Shown: piece by piece, positions 50,033 through 60,432 of the stretch | Layout of the letters: every line of letters begins with the position of its first letter | How positions within the stretch are numbered: the stretch's first letter is position 1 | Source of the DNA: a virus | Taxonomy: Duplodnaviria; Caudoviricetes | Reading direction: 5' to 3' (one strand) | IMG/VR virus record: IMGVR_UViG_3300043101_000190 | Span: 36,424 to 100,423 of that record | DNA: 64,000 nt | Notes under the pieces: model-generated | Databases searched by the model: none | Told to the model about the DNA's origin: nothing | Seen by the model: the letters and a program-made list of their open reading frames with translations, nothing else | Translations under genes and position numbers: made by a program

Positions 50033-50723
50033 ACATAAAGTATTAATTACTCATTTTGCAGGTAATTCTAAAAGAATAAATCGTAAATATCTTGATGAAT
50101 TTAAAGAAATTACTTTTACAATGCCTGATAATATAAATATTGTTTCTATTATTACAAAAAATATATTAGAAGATTCTCCATTGAACTATCAATTAAATAA
50201 AAATAATATTTCTTATTTAAATCCTTTAAAAGATAAAGATGTTGTATGGAAATTTTGTGATAAGGTAAAATATATATTAGAAGCATTAAATGAAGCAGAT
50301 AAAGAATATACACTTATTCTTGATGGTAATGATACGGCAATAGTAAATGATTTAAATAACATTGTCGATGTTTTCAATACATATAATAAAGATATAATTT
50401 TTAATGCAACAAGGTTTCGTTATCCTAAAGTAGATTTAGATAATGTAAAAGATAGAGATAAATATGGCATTTATTGTTGGTTAAATTCAGGTTGTTGTTT
50501 TGGTAAAATAGATAAGGTTAAAGAATTTTATAATTATATTTATTCTCTTATATTGCAAGATAAAACTCCTGTTGATTGTGACCAATATTATACAAGAAAA
50601 GCATTTAATGATTTTCAAGATACTGTTTTCTTTGATTACGACTGCCGTATTTTTCAAATGTTTTATTTAAATTTTTTAATAATAGATGATAATGTTTTTA
50701 AATTTACTAATTATAGACTATAA
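50010..50723 (+). CDS. GT-A glycosyltransferase 3 (PLOD-like)
   Basis: ILDGND, WLNSGCCFG, CDQYY, DYDCRIFQ. Confidence 0.7.
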   Translation: MEIYSHSKHKVLITHFAGNSKRINRKYLDEFKEITFTMPDNINIVSIITKNILEDSPLNYQLNKNNISYLNPLKDKDVVWKFCDKVKYILEALNEADKEYTLILDGNDTAIVNDLNNIVDVFNTYNKDIIFNATRFRYPKVDLDNVKDRDKYGIYCWLNSGCCFGKIDKVKEFYNYIYSLILQDKTPVDCDQYYTRKAFNDFQDTVFFDYDCRIFQMFYLNFLIIDDNVFKFTNYRL

Positions 50724-50736
50724 GAAAGGAACAATA

Positions 50737-51441
50737 ATGAAAGTTTACGCACATAATGGTAATGATATTTTAATAGCTCATTTCCCTGGTAATTCAAGAA
50801 ATGAGAATATAAATTTAATAAATAAATTTAAGGAAATTACTTTTAAACTTCCTGATGATATAGAAATAATTTCTCCTATTACACAAAATTGTGTTGCTGA
50901 TTCTCCATTAGATTATCAGTTAAGGAAAAATAATTATACCTACATAAATCCATTATATAACCGTTTTATGCGTTGGGAAAGACAAGGTAAAGTAAATCAT
51001 ATATTATCTGCTTTAAAACAAACAGATAAGAAATATTGCCTTATAATGGATGGTAATGATGTTTCTATATTAAGTGATTTAACAGATATTATAGATAGAT
51101 TAAAGTCTTATGATAAAAAAATTATTTATAATCCTACTTTATTTATGTACCCTCACGTTGTAATTGAACACGTTACTAATAGAGAACAATATGGAGAGTA
51201 TTGTCATATAAATGCAGGTTGTTGTATAGGAGAAAGAAAAGAACTAATTAAGTTTTATAAACACGCTTTAGCTTATATAAAACAAGATTCAAGACCTATT
51301 GACAGTGAACAGTACTACATCAGAAAAGCATTTAATGATTTTCAAGATACTGTTTTCTTTGATTATAAATGTAAAATATTCCAATGTTGGCATAAAATGG
51401 AATATGAAATTAAAAATGATGATATTTATTTATTAAAATAA
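50737..51441 (+). CDS. GT-A glycosyltransferase 4 (PLOD-like)
   Basis: IMDGND, INAGCCIG, SEQYY, DYKCKIFQ; AAAGGA SD favours ATG 50737. Confidence 0.7.
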   Translation: MKVYAHNGNDILIAHFPGNSRNENINLINKFKEITFKLPDDIEIISPITQNCVADSPLDYQLRKNNYTYINPLYNRFMRWERQGKVNHILSALKQTDKKYCLIMDGNDVSILSDLTDIIDRLKSYDKKIIYNPTLFMYPHVVIEHVTNREQYGEYCHINAGCCIGERKELIKFYKHALAYIKQDSRPIDSEQYYIRKAFNDFQDTVFFDYKCKIFQCWHKMEYEIKNDDIYLLK

Positions 51442-51481
51442 TTATATTATTCTTATATCAAAATAAGAAAGGATTGTTTTT

Positions 51482-52669
51482 ATGAATATAGAAGAATTAA
51501 AAAATATTTTTGAAATAAATTTCCCTAATGATAGAATAAATGGTACACTACATTGCCCTTATAGAGTTTGCCCATTAGGTTCTCATATAGACCATCAACA
51601 CGGTATTGTATCAGGTTTTGCTTTAGATGTAGGTGTTGATTTAGTTTATTCTAAACAGTATGAACCTATTGTTGAAATATATAGCGTTAATTATTTTAAT
51701 AATAGTATTAAATTCGCTATATGTAATGATTTCTTTATACATAATAATTGGGGAGATTATGCAAGGGCTTCTATGAAAGTCTTATTAGATAATGGATATA
51801 CATTAAAATATGGCTTTAATGCTGTTCTTAATGGTAATTTACCTATTGGTGGACTTTCTTCTTCTGCTGCTGTTATTTTATTATACATAACTGCTTTTTG
51901 TAAAGTAAATGATATTACATTAGAAAAAGATAAGTTAATAAATCTTGCTTATTCGGCTGAAAGAGATTATATAGGACTTAATGTAGGTAAATTAGACCAA
52001 AGCTGTGAAGTGTTATGTGAAAAAGACCATTTATTATATTTAGATACTGCTAATAATGGATATAAGAATATTATTAAAAATGAATTAGCTCCTCAATTTA
52101 AAATAGCTATTCTTTTTTCAGGAGTATCAAGACAATTAGTTAATTCTAAATACAATACAAGAGTTGATGAATGTAGAAGTGCTGCTTATACATTAAAGGC
52201 TTTTGGTAATTTAGATTATGGTAAAATAAAAGATACATATTTAAGAGATGTACCTTATGAAGTATATGAAGAATATAAAGATAAGTTGCCTAAGGATTTT
52301 GCAAAGAGAGCTGAACATTTTTATTCAGAAATGCAAAGAATTAAAGATGGTGTATTTGCTTGGGAGAATGGTGATTTAAATACATTCGGACAAAAAATAT
52401 TTGAATCTGGAAATAGCTCAATATATAATTATGAATGTGGTTCTGATGAATTAAAAACATTATATGAAATAATGGTAGATACACCTAATATATATGGTGG
52501 TAGATTTAGTGGTGCTGGGTTTAAGGGTTGTTGTATGGCTATTGTAAATCCAAAACATACAGAAGAAATAGAAGAATATGTAACTAAGAGATATTTAGAT
52601 AAATTCCCTAATTTAAAAGAAAACTTCTCAATACATTTTTGTGATACATCTGATGGTATTAAATTCTAA
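51482..52669 (+). CDS. GHMP sugar-1-kinase (galactokinase/galacturonokinase-like)
   Basis: PYRVCPLGSHIDHQ, PIGGLSSSAA, GKLDQ, YNxRVxEC, GGRFSGAGFKGC. Confidence 0.85.
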   Translation: MNIEELKNIFEINFPNDRINGTLHCPYRVCPLGSHIDHQHGIVSGFALDVGVDLVYSKQYEPIVEIYSVNYFNNSIKFAICNDFFIHNNWGDYARASMKVLLDNGYTLKYGFNAVLNGNLPIGGLSSSAAVILLYITAFCKVNDITLEKDKLINLAYSAERDYIGLNVGKLDQSCEVLCEKDHLLYLDTANNGYKNIIKNELAPQFKIAILFSGVSRQLVNSKYNTRVDECRSAAYTLKAFGNLDYGKIKDTYLRDVPYEVYEEYKDKLPKDFAKRAEHFYSEMQRIKDGVFAWENGDLNTFGQKIFESGNSSIYNYECGSDELKTLYEIMVDTPNIYGGRFSGAGFKGCCMAIVNPKHTEEIEEYVTKRYLDKFPNLKENFSIHFCDTSDGIKF

Positions 52670-52707
52670 TAAATTATTTATTAGTTAAATAAAAAGGAGT
52701 TTTTATT

Positions 52708-53037
52708 ATGAAAAGATTGGGAGTTATGATAGAACCAATAGTAGTAAATGGTGAAGACATATATTTAGATAATATGCAAGACCTTATAGATTTTTTAAGA
52801 TATACGGTAAAGAATTATTATTTAACCGAGGAATTAAAAGACTTAGTAAATAATAATTCACAAAGCACAAATATAGAAGAAGCAGTAATTGAAGCTACTG
52901 ATGAATATAATAGTATATTAGTTTCTTGTTCAAATGAATGTAAAGAGATTATAGATTATGTAAAAAATACACCAAGAGTAAATAGAAAAGAAATTTTATC
53001 AAGATTAGAAAACTTATATGAATCATATGAATATTAA
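52708..53037 (+). CDS. hypothetical helical protein
   Basis: 109-aa ORF with AAGGAG SD. Confidence 0.6.
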   Translation: MKRLGVMIEPIVVNGEDIYLDNMQDLIDFLRYTVKNYYLTEELKDLVNNNSQSTNIEEAVIEATDEYNSILVSCSNECKEIIDYVKNTPRVNRKEILSRLENLYESYEY

Positions 53038-53094
53038 TTAAACAAAGTAGGGGCTTATTAAAATAATAAGCCTTTTATTTTTAAGGAGGAAATT

Positions 53095-53790
53095 ATGACT
53101 TGTATTATTTTAGCAGCAGGATATGCAACAAGAATGCACCCATTAACATTAAATTATCCTAAACCACTTTTAAAAATAAACGGTATACCAATAATAAATT
53201 ATTTAATAGAAGATATAAAACCTTTTGTTGATGAATTTATTATTGTTACTAATCATAAATTTATCAATTATTTTAAAGATTATGATTGTAAGGTTATTGA
53301 TGATGGTAGTACAGATAATGAAAATAGATTAGGTGCTGTAAATGATATTAAATTAGCTATCGAAAATATAAATGATGATGTTTTTATTGCAGCAGGGGAT
53401 AATTTATTAGATTTTTCATTAAATGAGTTTTTTAATTTTATACATAATAAAAAAACAAGTTGTATAATGTATTATGATGAAAATGATATAAACAAACAAA
53501 GAAAAACGGCTATAATAGAAAAAGATAATGATTTAGTTATTTCTTTTGAAGAAAAACCTATCAATCCAAAAACTAATTTAGCAGTACCGCCTTTTTATTA
53601 TTATACTAAAAATGATGTAGAAAAAATAAAATATATAAACAATATCAATACAGATGCACCTGGTAGTTTAGCTAAATGGTTTTGTGAAAATTCAACACTT
53701 AATGGCTTTAAAATGAATGGTAATAGATATGATATTGGTGATATAGAAAATTACAATAAAATAAACAATTTATTTAGTGAGAGGGAATAA
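53095..53790 (+). CDS. sugar-1-phosphate nucleotidyltransferase (NTP_transferase family)
   Basis: ILAAGYATRMxPLT..PKPLL, AGDN, FEEKP, RYDIG. Confidence 0.85.
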   Translation: MTCIILAAGYATRMHPLTLNYPKPLLKINGIPIINYLIEDIKPFVDEFIIVTNHKFINYFKDYDCKVIDDGSTDNENRLGAVNDIKLAIENINDDVFIAAGDNLLDFSLNEFFNFIHNKKTSCIMYYDENDINKQRKTAIIEKDNDLVISFEEKPINPKTNLAVPPFYYYTKNDVEKIKYINNINTDAPGSLAKWFCENSTLNGFKMNGNRYDIGDIENYNKINNLFSERE

Positions 53791-53876
53791 TAACCCTCTC
53801 TTTTTTGTGTCAATTATTAAAATGTTCATATTTTTTATTTTATGATTAGGACAATTGAAGTAGAGGTGATAGTGTT

Positions 53877-54071
53877 TTGGCAGAGTTTCACGATTTAAAT
53901 ATCAACAAAAATGCTTACATTAACGGTGAGATAAAAGTTGGAGAAACAGAAGAAGATACACAAATCACAAAAGAGGTTGTCAGTACAAAAACTTTAAAAG
54001 GTAACATTACAACAGATTACTTCCAACAGGGAGAAGAAGAACTAATATTTGACAGTGGAGATTCTAAGTAA
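53877..54071 (+). CDS. 64-aa fibre adaptor
   Basis: GAGGTG SD; C-term ELIFDSG like ends of 25511 and 55197. Confidence 0.55.
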   Translation: MAEFHDLNINKNAYINGEIKVGETEEDTQITKEVVSTKTLKGNITTDYFQQGEEELIFDSGDSK

Positions 54072-54089
54072 AGAAAGGAGGTTGAAAAT

Positions 54090-55166
54090 ATGTCAAAAAC
54101 TCTTAAAACAAGACTTAAATTAAAGTATGATACGTCTGCAAATTGGGCAGATTCTACTTTAGTTTTATTGGCTGGTGAAGCAGCAGTAGAAGTTGTAACA
54201 AAAACGACAGGCGAAGGTGACGATGCTGTTACTACAACTTATAATAAAATTAAGTTTGGTGATGGAGAACACGTATTTAAAGATTTACCGTATGCTAATT
54301 ATACTCCTGATGAAATTACAGAGCTTATTAATGCTAATGTAACTTATACCAATGAAGATGAAATGCCAGCTGCTGTTGGTGGTTTAAAAGCAGGTACATC
54401 ATTTGATAATATGACTATTCAAGAAATATTAAATAAATTGTTATATCCATATACAAAACCAACACTTACAAATTCAGGTATTACTATTACATTTAGTGAT
54501 GGAAGTACAACAACAACAAATAAAAGTCAAGAATATGGTGTAACGATTACACAGATTGATTATAAAACTACACCTGTAAAAAAATCAAATTCTTTAGCAA
54601 GTTTAGTTTTTACTCCTAATGACGGTGGGGACGGTAGTACTGTAACTTCTCCTGAAAGTAGTAAGGCTTATACATATACTTATAAACCTTCAACACCATT
54701 AAACGCAACTACATCAGCTACGATAACATTAAAAGATGCAGTAGAAAATGGTGATGGTGGTCAATCAACAACTTCTTCTATAAAAATTACGTATTATAGA
54801 CCTATTTATGTTGGTTATCTTGATTGTTCTGCTACTAATGATATTATGAGTGCAACAACAGATGCGGATAAAGTTGCTATAATTGAAACTGAAATTGAAA
54901 ATGAACATTTAAGTAAATTAATTCAAGATACAACAGGTACAATATCAAAGACAGCATCATTTACTCTTGGTAGGTATTGCTTTGCTTCTACAAAGAAACT
55001 TGGTCATATTTATGATGGTAATAATTTTGATAATACTGATTCTTTTGATTGTTTAACATTATCTTTAACAGGTAAGGATGGTGCAGAAACACCTTATTAT
55101 GTTTATGTATTTAGTAATGTTATCAAAGATTCTGTTGATTTCTTATATAAGTATTCTTATACTTGA
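54090..55166 (+). CDS. fibre protein with Mtd_N-like N-terminus
   Basis: TRLKLKYDTSANW..LLAGE..KFGDG..FKDLPY; VGGLKAGT..LLYPY motif. Confidence 0.65.
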   Translation: MSKTLKTRLKLKYDTSANWADSTLVLLAGEAAVEVVTKTTGEGDDAVTTTYNKIKFGDGEHVFKDLPYANYTPDEITELINANVTYTNEDEMPAAVGGLKAGTSFDNMTIQEILNKLLYPYTKPTLTNSGITITFSDGSTTTTNKSQEYGVTITQIDYKTTPVKKSNSLASLVFTPNDGGDGSTVTSPESSKAYTYTYKPSTPLNATTSATITLKDAVENGDGGQSTTSSIKITYYRPIYVGYLDCSATNDIMSATTDADKVAIIETEIENEHLSKLIQDTTGTISKTASFTLGRYCFASTKKLGHIYDGNNFDNTDSFDCLTLSLTGKDGAETPYYVYVFSNVIKDSVDFLYKYSYT

Positions 55167-55196
55167 TTTTTAGAGTTTTAAAGGTGGTGAGAATAT

Positions 55197-57968
55197 ATGG
55201 CAATTGTTATAAAAGATAATTTTAATTTAGGTGCTGCAAAACCTATTGATAGTAGATTAAGCATTGGTAAATTCTCAGAATTGCTTGCAAAGAACTATTC
55301 TGTATATGATTCTTATGCAGGTATGCTTGTATATGTTGAAGAAGATGAAACTATTGGCAGTGGTGAGAGTGCTACTACATATAAAAAAGGTTACTATAAA
55401 TTAAATAGTTATGTTGAAGAAAACGCAGATACAGCTGCTTCTTGGCAATATTTACCAGCTCTTTCAGGTAGTACGACTATCGAGGGTACTATTGAAAATG
55501 CACAAAAAGCAGAAAAAGATGGATTAGGTAATGTTATTTCTGAAAGTTATGTAAGTGGTGCTAAAGTTAATGGGTCTAACATAGAACTTAATGCTAAAAG
55601 TGGTACTACACTTGCAACAATAAAGCCTGCTGATGTAATTGAATTTAGTAGTGATGATAGTAACAATATTGTTATTGGTCATAAAGAATCTGCTGTAAAA
55701 GGCGAGGATATTACAAAAGACGAAGTGTTAGCAACAGTTAAGACAGATGCATATGGTCACATTGTTTCTGCTACACAACTTACAGCAACCGAATTAGCTG
55801 ATTATAAAGTTGGAGATGAAAAATCTCTTTCTGAACAAATTACAGGGGCTATTAGTACAGGCGAAGACCTTGAAATAAATGAAGATGAAGATGGAAAATT
55901 AGTTATTAGTCACGTAGGAAAAGAAAATCTTCTTAATAGTGATATTCTTTTTTCAGGAAGTGATAGCGAGAATTTAGGATATTTAAGTACTTTTATTGTT
56001 GATGGGAACGGACATATTGAAGATGTAGAGATACTTACGGCAGCAGATTTGATGAATTATAATGGCAATGGATATAGTGAAAATACTCTTTATGATGAAA
56101 TCAAACTTAAACTTGCTGAAAATTTTACTTCTGACTTATATGTATATGGTAATCTTTCAAGCGATAATGTTACAACAGTTAGTATAGATTCAGGTTATAG
56201 CTGCACTTATATAACTGTTGAACATAACACATACGTTAATGAAATAGATATTAATGATAGTATTGGTGAGTATGCTTATCAAACTAATAGTGGCTATACT
56301 TTTGGTAGAGGCTATTTAACTTTAAGTGCGATTGATTATGATGAAACAGGTCATATTTCTGCTGCTAAAACATTAACAAGTACAGATTTGCTTAATTATA
56401 CAAGTGGGGCAGATGATGAAAGCACATTAAAAGAACTTATTGTTGATGTAGTTAATACTGATTTGGAAAAATTAAAAGAGGGTCAAGAAATAACTGTTGA
56501 TAATGAAAATAAATTCTGGATTACAGGTATAACTACTTCTACTGATGAAACAGAAGAAGATGCAAGTATATCTGCAAGTCAAGTTATAAACACTTCTGCT
56601 TATATTGATGTTGATAATGGAAGCACAACTTTACATATTGATGCGATTAGCCCCGTTGATACTAATACAGAAGAAAGTACAGAAGAAGATACAGGTGAAG
56701 AATCTGAAACATCTGTTAAATATGTTAAGGGTACAATTGAGAGTGCTACGAAGTTAAGTAAAAAAATAAATATTGAACCTTTGAATAAGGGAGATAGTGA
56801 TAAACAAGGTATTACTTTTGAACCAATAGAAACAGATTTTTCAAAGGACATTTATTTTAATTTTGCATCAATTGATTTTGATGGACTTTTAATTCAAGGT
56901 ATAATTCCTATTGAAAATCTTCCACAAGCAGCATTAGAAAGATGTGTTGTTGTTGGTACAGTAGAAGAAATGTTAAGTCTTGATTCAGATGATATCCAAA
57001 CAGGTGACACTGTTAAAGTATCAGGTGGATATGTTGCATCTACTGAGGGCGAATATGTATTAGATGGCGATGATTATAGAGAATATAATGAAGATACAGA
57101 TACAGATTTACCTCATTACACTTATGAACAACCTGCTATGTATTTTGTAAAAGATACAGAAAAGTTAGGTACTCTTGATGCTTTTGAAGTTTATTATGCA
57201 GGTAATTCTGCAACAGCTGATGTAGCCAATAGAATTAAAAATGGTTTAACTATTAAAGTAGATGGTACTTCTAATTATTATGATGGTAGTTCTGCAAAGA
57301 CTATTGAAATAAAATCTACTGAAGTTAGTGTAACTCCTGTTAAAGAATCAGGATTAGATACAGAAGCAATAGCAACAATCAGTATTAATGGTGAAGAAAC
57401 TAAAATTTATGCTGATAAAAACATTACATATGATTTAGATGTTTTGCCGATTAGTAATACCGATATACCAGAACTTCTTAAAGAAGCTAATGGAGTCGCA
57501 AATAACAATATTTTAAGTTTTAGATTGCTTGAAACTCATACTAATGCTTTAATGGGCAATGATATGCCAATTTTTAAAAGTTTTGTTCCTGTATTAGAGG
57601 GAGATAACGTGACACTTGAAGCCAAGAGTCTTACAGTGTCAGGAAAATCAAGTTTTGGTATAAAGATTTCATCAACTGATGAAAAAGTAATTGCTGAAGA
57701 ATTAACAGCAACAGAAGATACAAGTTCTGATAATACAACAAACCTTACCGCTTATCTTCTTGCTACAACAAATACTGATAAAAAAGCACATACAGTAAAT
57801 TATGTTAAGAATATTACTGCTGACCTTAATGGTGTTTTAACAGCTAATGAATTTAAGGGTAATATAAATGTTAATTATCTTACTCAGGCAGAAGTTACAG
57901 AAGATACAGACTATGCTACTTATGAAGATATGTTAGTCTTTGATTGTGGTTCAGCATCAGGTTTCTAA
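55197..57968 (+). CDS. acidic fibre protein
   Basis: NFxL..PIDSR..YAGMLVYV start; DxxGHI repeats; C-term LVFDCGSA. Confidence 0.65.
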   Translation: MAIVIKDNFNLGAAKPIDSRLSIGKFSELLAKNYSVYDSYAGMLVYVEEDETIGSGESATTYKKGYYKLNSYVEENADTAASWQYLPALSGSTTIEGTIENAQKAEKDGLGNVISESYVSGAKVNGSNIELNAKSGTTLATIKPADVIEFSSDDSNNIVIGHKESAVKGEDITKDEVLATVKTDAYGHIVSATQLTATELADYKVGDEKSLSEQITGAISTGEDLEINEDEDGKLVISHVGKENLLNSDILFSGSDSENLGYLSTFIVDGNGHIEDVEILTAADLMNYNGNGYSENTLYDEIKLKLAENFTSDLYVYGNLSSDNVTTVSIDSGYSCTYITVEHNTYVNEIDINDSIGEYAYQTNSGYTFGRGYLTLSAIDYDETGHISAAKTLTSTDLLNYTSGADDESTLKELIVDVVNTDLEKLKEGQEITVDNENKFWITGITTSTDETEEDASISASQVINTSAYIDVDNGSTTLHIDAISPVDTNTEESTEEDTGEESETSVKYVKGTIESATKLSKKINIEPLNKGDSDKQGITFEPIETDFSKDIYFNFASIDFDGLLIQGIIPIENLPQAALERCVVVGTVEEMLSLDSDDIQTGDTVKVSGGYVASTEGEYVLDGDDYREYNEDTDTDLPHYTYEQPAMYFVKDTEKLGTLDAFEVYYAGNSATADVANRIKNGLTIKVDGTSNYYDGSSAKTIEIKSTEVSVTPVKESGLDTEAIATISINGEETKIYADKNITYDLDVLPISNTDIPELLKEANGVANNNILSFRLLETHTNALMGNDMPIFKSFVPVLEGDNVTLEAKSLTVSGKSSFGIKISSTDEKVIAEELTATEDTSSDNTTNLTAYLLATTNTDKKAHTVNYVKNITADLNGVLTANEFKGNINVNYLTQAEVTEDTDYATYEDMLVFDCGSASGF

Positions 57969-58030
57969 GAGTTTATTTTTAAAGGGATAAATTAATTTTT
58001 ATCCCTTTTTGAAAAATGGAAGGTGATATT

Positions 58031-58369
58031 ATGACTGATTTAATGCAAATTAGAAGTGAACAAATAAAAGATATTAAGGTTGAACAAATTGTTTTTAATA
58101 ATACACCTTTTACAAATTATATAAATAAGTACATTAGTATTTTTATTCCCAACTGCTGTTGGTTATCTAATACTTTCACCTATATTAACGAAAATATTAC
58201 CTCAGATAATGGTCAATTGTTTTGTACTGCAACTGACCAATCTGAAATAGAAAGTCTGCTTAATTCAATTATTACTGTAAGTACGGTAAATACAGAAGAC
58301 CATTATATTGTTTTCTCTTGTAAAACACAACCAGCTAAAGATTTACATTTATTATTAATATTAAATTAA
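58031..58369 (+). CDS. hypothetical structural protein
   Basis: AGGTGA SD; QIRSEQI start. Confidence 0.5.
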   Translation: MTDLMQIRSEQIKDIKVEQIVFNNTPFTNYINKYISIFIPNCCWLSNTFTYINENITSDNGQLFCTATDQSEIESLLNSIITVSTVNTEDHYIVFSCKTQPAKDLHLLLILN

Positions 58370-58385
58370 GAAAAGGAAGTTTTAT

Positions 58386-58907
58386 ATGAATATAAAAATT
58401 ATAAATGATAAAATTGAAAATTGTTTATCTAATGAAGATTGCCTTTATATTGCATTAGACTATACACATCCAATTGTAAAAGACGGTAAGATTGCTTATC
58501 CTGTCTTAAATTCTTGGGTTGAAAAAACCTCTATTGATACTATGTTGGAATTAAAAAATAAATTGCCTGATTTTCCTAAAGAATTTGATGAATTTTCTTT
58601 TGTTAATATTGTTTATTATAAAAAGACTAATGAATTAAAACTTCTTTTATTACAAGAGCCTATTCGTCTTATTAAGGATAAATTGTCTTTTAATTTTAAA
58701 TCTAATTTACCTATCTATACTCTTAAAGATTTAAATTGGAATAAAGAACTTATTTCTCTTTCCTTTAAATCAGATTTAGAAAAAGATGATGTTGATATTG
58801 TTTATTCTAATTATGGTATAAATGATAATAATGGAAATTTATATTTTAAAAAATCAGATAGTATAAATGTTTTCTATGAATATGTTTTTATAAATAAAAT
58901 TTTTTAA
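58386..58907 (+). CDS. hypothetical protein
   Basis: 173-aa ORF with AAGGAAG SD. Confidence 0.55.
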   Translation: MNIKIINDKIENCLSNEDCLYIALDYTHPIVKDGKIAYPVLNSWVEKTSIDTMLELKNKLPDFPKEFDEFSFVNIVYYKKTNELKLLLLQEPIRLIKDKLSFNFKSNLPIYTLKDLNWNKELISLSFKSDLEKDDVDIVYSNYGINDNNGNLYFKKSDSINVFYEYVFINKIF

Positions 58908-58934
58908 AATTTTGTCACAAAGAGGTGATGGGTT

Positions 58935-60410
58935 GTGATTATAACTAATTTCCCCAAACAATTAATATTAGATAATAATAAAAAATCTAAACACATCCTT
59001 CCAAATGAACAAAATGCTTATGTAATAAAATTAAGCGATAAAAATTTTACTGTTGATGATAATGGAACAATATCTGCTAATATTAAAATCGTTAGTGAAG
59101 TACCTGAAAATCCTGAAAAAGATTATATTTATTTCGTTTCTGATAACGTCACTGATGATACAGCAACTATTATCCATACAATTACAGAAGAAGATAAAAA
59201 TAATATTAAAAAATTAACTTCAACTGGTCAAGGTGATAAGTTTTTAAGTGATGATGGTAGTTATAAATCTGTAAATCATTTTATTCAAATGTATTACAAT
59301 TATAAAAATATAAATACCAATACTACTTTGACCGATACAAATGATTTAATAACCAATTTCAAGGCTATGGTTTATCCATCTATTTTATACTTAGAAGTTG
59401 ATAATGATGAAACATTTCCTTGCAATGGTAGTTTAATGTTATATAAAATAGGGGAAAAATCTGCTACTCTGACTTTTAATGGTATTGATAATATTGTTTA
59501 TACAGCTAATATTATAGATAATACTCTTTCAGATTGGCATAGTACAGAATTAATTGGTGCTGCAAAAAAACTTGCACAATCAGTTAAAATAAATAAAGCT
59601 GATTTTGATGGTACAAAAGATATAATTGCTTCTGATATGAAACTTTCAAAAGGTGATGATAGAACTTATAATTTTTCTAAATTAACTATGCTTAATAATG
59701 CGACTTATTTAAGATTTGCAAGAGTAAAAGCCAATTTAACAAGTAGTGCTAATTTTTTAATTAATTATACTTCTGATAAATCTTCTTTTAACTTACATTA
59801 TAGCATTGGTTATAATAGTTCTTTTAAATATCATCAAACTTTGTATCATTGCATAAACAATATAAATAATTATATTAGATTTATAAAACAAGACGAGTAT
59901 ATCTATGCAGATATAGCTCTCGGTGAAAATATAGATTATGCTACTTTACAAGTTAATTTAATATCTAATGATTGGGAATTATTAGATAGTACTGTTGTAA
60001 ATCCTAATACTCTTAATTCTCAATTTAGTGTAAGATATAAATTAAAAGATACAGAAGATGATGCGGAAGATGAAAATTCTACAACTACATTTAGTAGAGT
60101 ATTAGATATAACAACAGATTGGAATGACTTAGGACTTACTTCTGAGGATAACCTTAAAACAGGTTCTTATATGTTACAACTAACTTTAAATGGTTATATC
60201 TATACAGGAGTTTTATCTTGGTATAAAGAGAATATAACTAATGCCACAGGAGTGGGGCAGGAAGTGCTTTTACACCACTCTGGTGACGGTTTAGATAGCA
60301 TTAGTATATTTTTACGTACAATACAGAAAAGTGCCTTAGAATTGCAAATAACGGCAAATAAGAGCATTTTAAAAGCAAACTGTAATTTCGTATTAAAGAA
60401 GTTTTTATAA
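58935..60410 (+). CDS. fibre protein
   Basis: GxGDKFLSDDGSYK and AKKLAQSVKIN..FDGTKDI fibre motifs. Confidence 0.6.
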   Translation: MIITNFPKQLILDNNKKSKHILPNEQNAYVIKLSDKNFTVDDNGTISANIKIVSEVPENPEKDYIYFVSDNVTDDTATIIHTITEEDKNNIKKLTSTGQGDKFLSDDGSYKSVNHFIQMYYNYKNINTNTTLTDTNDLITNFKAMVYPSILYLEVDNDETFPCNGSLMLYKIGEKSATLTFNGIDNIVYTANIIDNTLSDWHSTELIGAAKKLAQSVKINKADFDGTKDIIASDMKLSKGDDRTYNFSKLTMLNNATYLRFARVKANLTSSANFLINYTSDKSSFNLHYSIGYNSSFKYHQTLYHCINNINNYIRFIKQDEYIYADIALGENIDYATLQVNLISNDWELLDSTVVNPNTLNSQFSVRYKLKDTEDDAEDENSTTTFSRVLDITTDWNDLGLTSEDNLKTGSYMLQLTLNGYIYTGVLSWYKENITNATGVGQEVLLHHSGDGLDSISIFLRTIQKSALELQITANKSILKANCNFVLKKFL

Positions 60411-60432
60411 ATATTAAAATCAAAAGATAATC

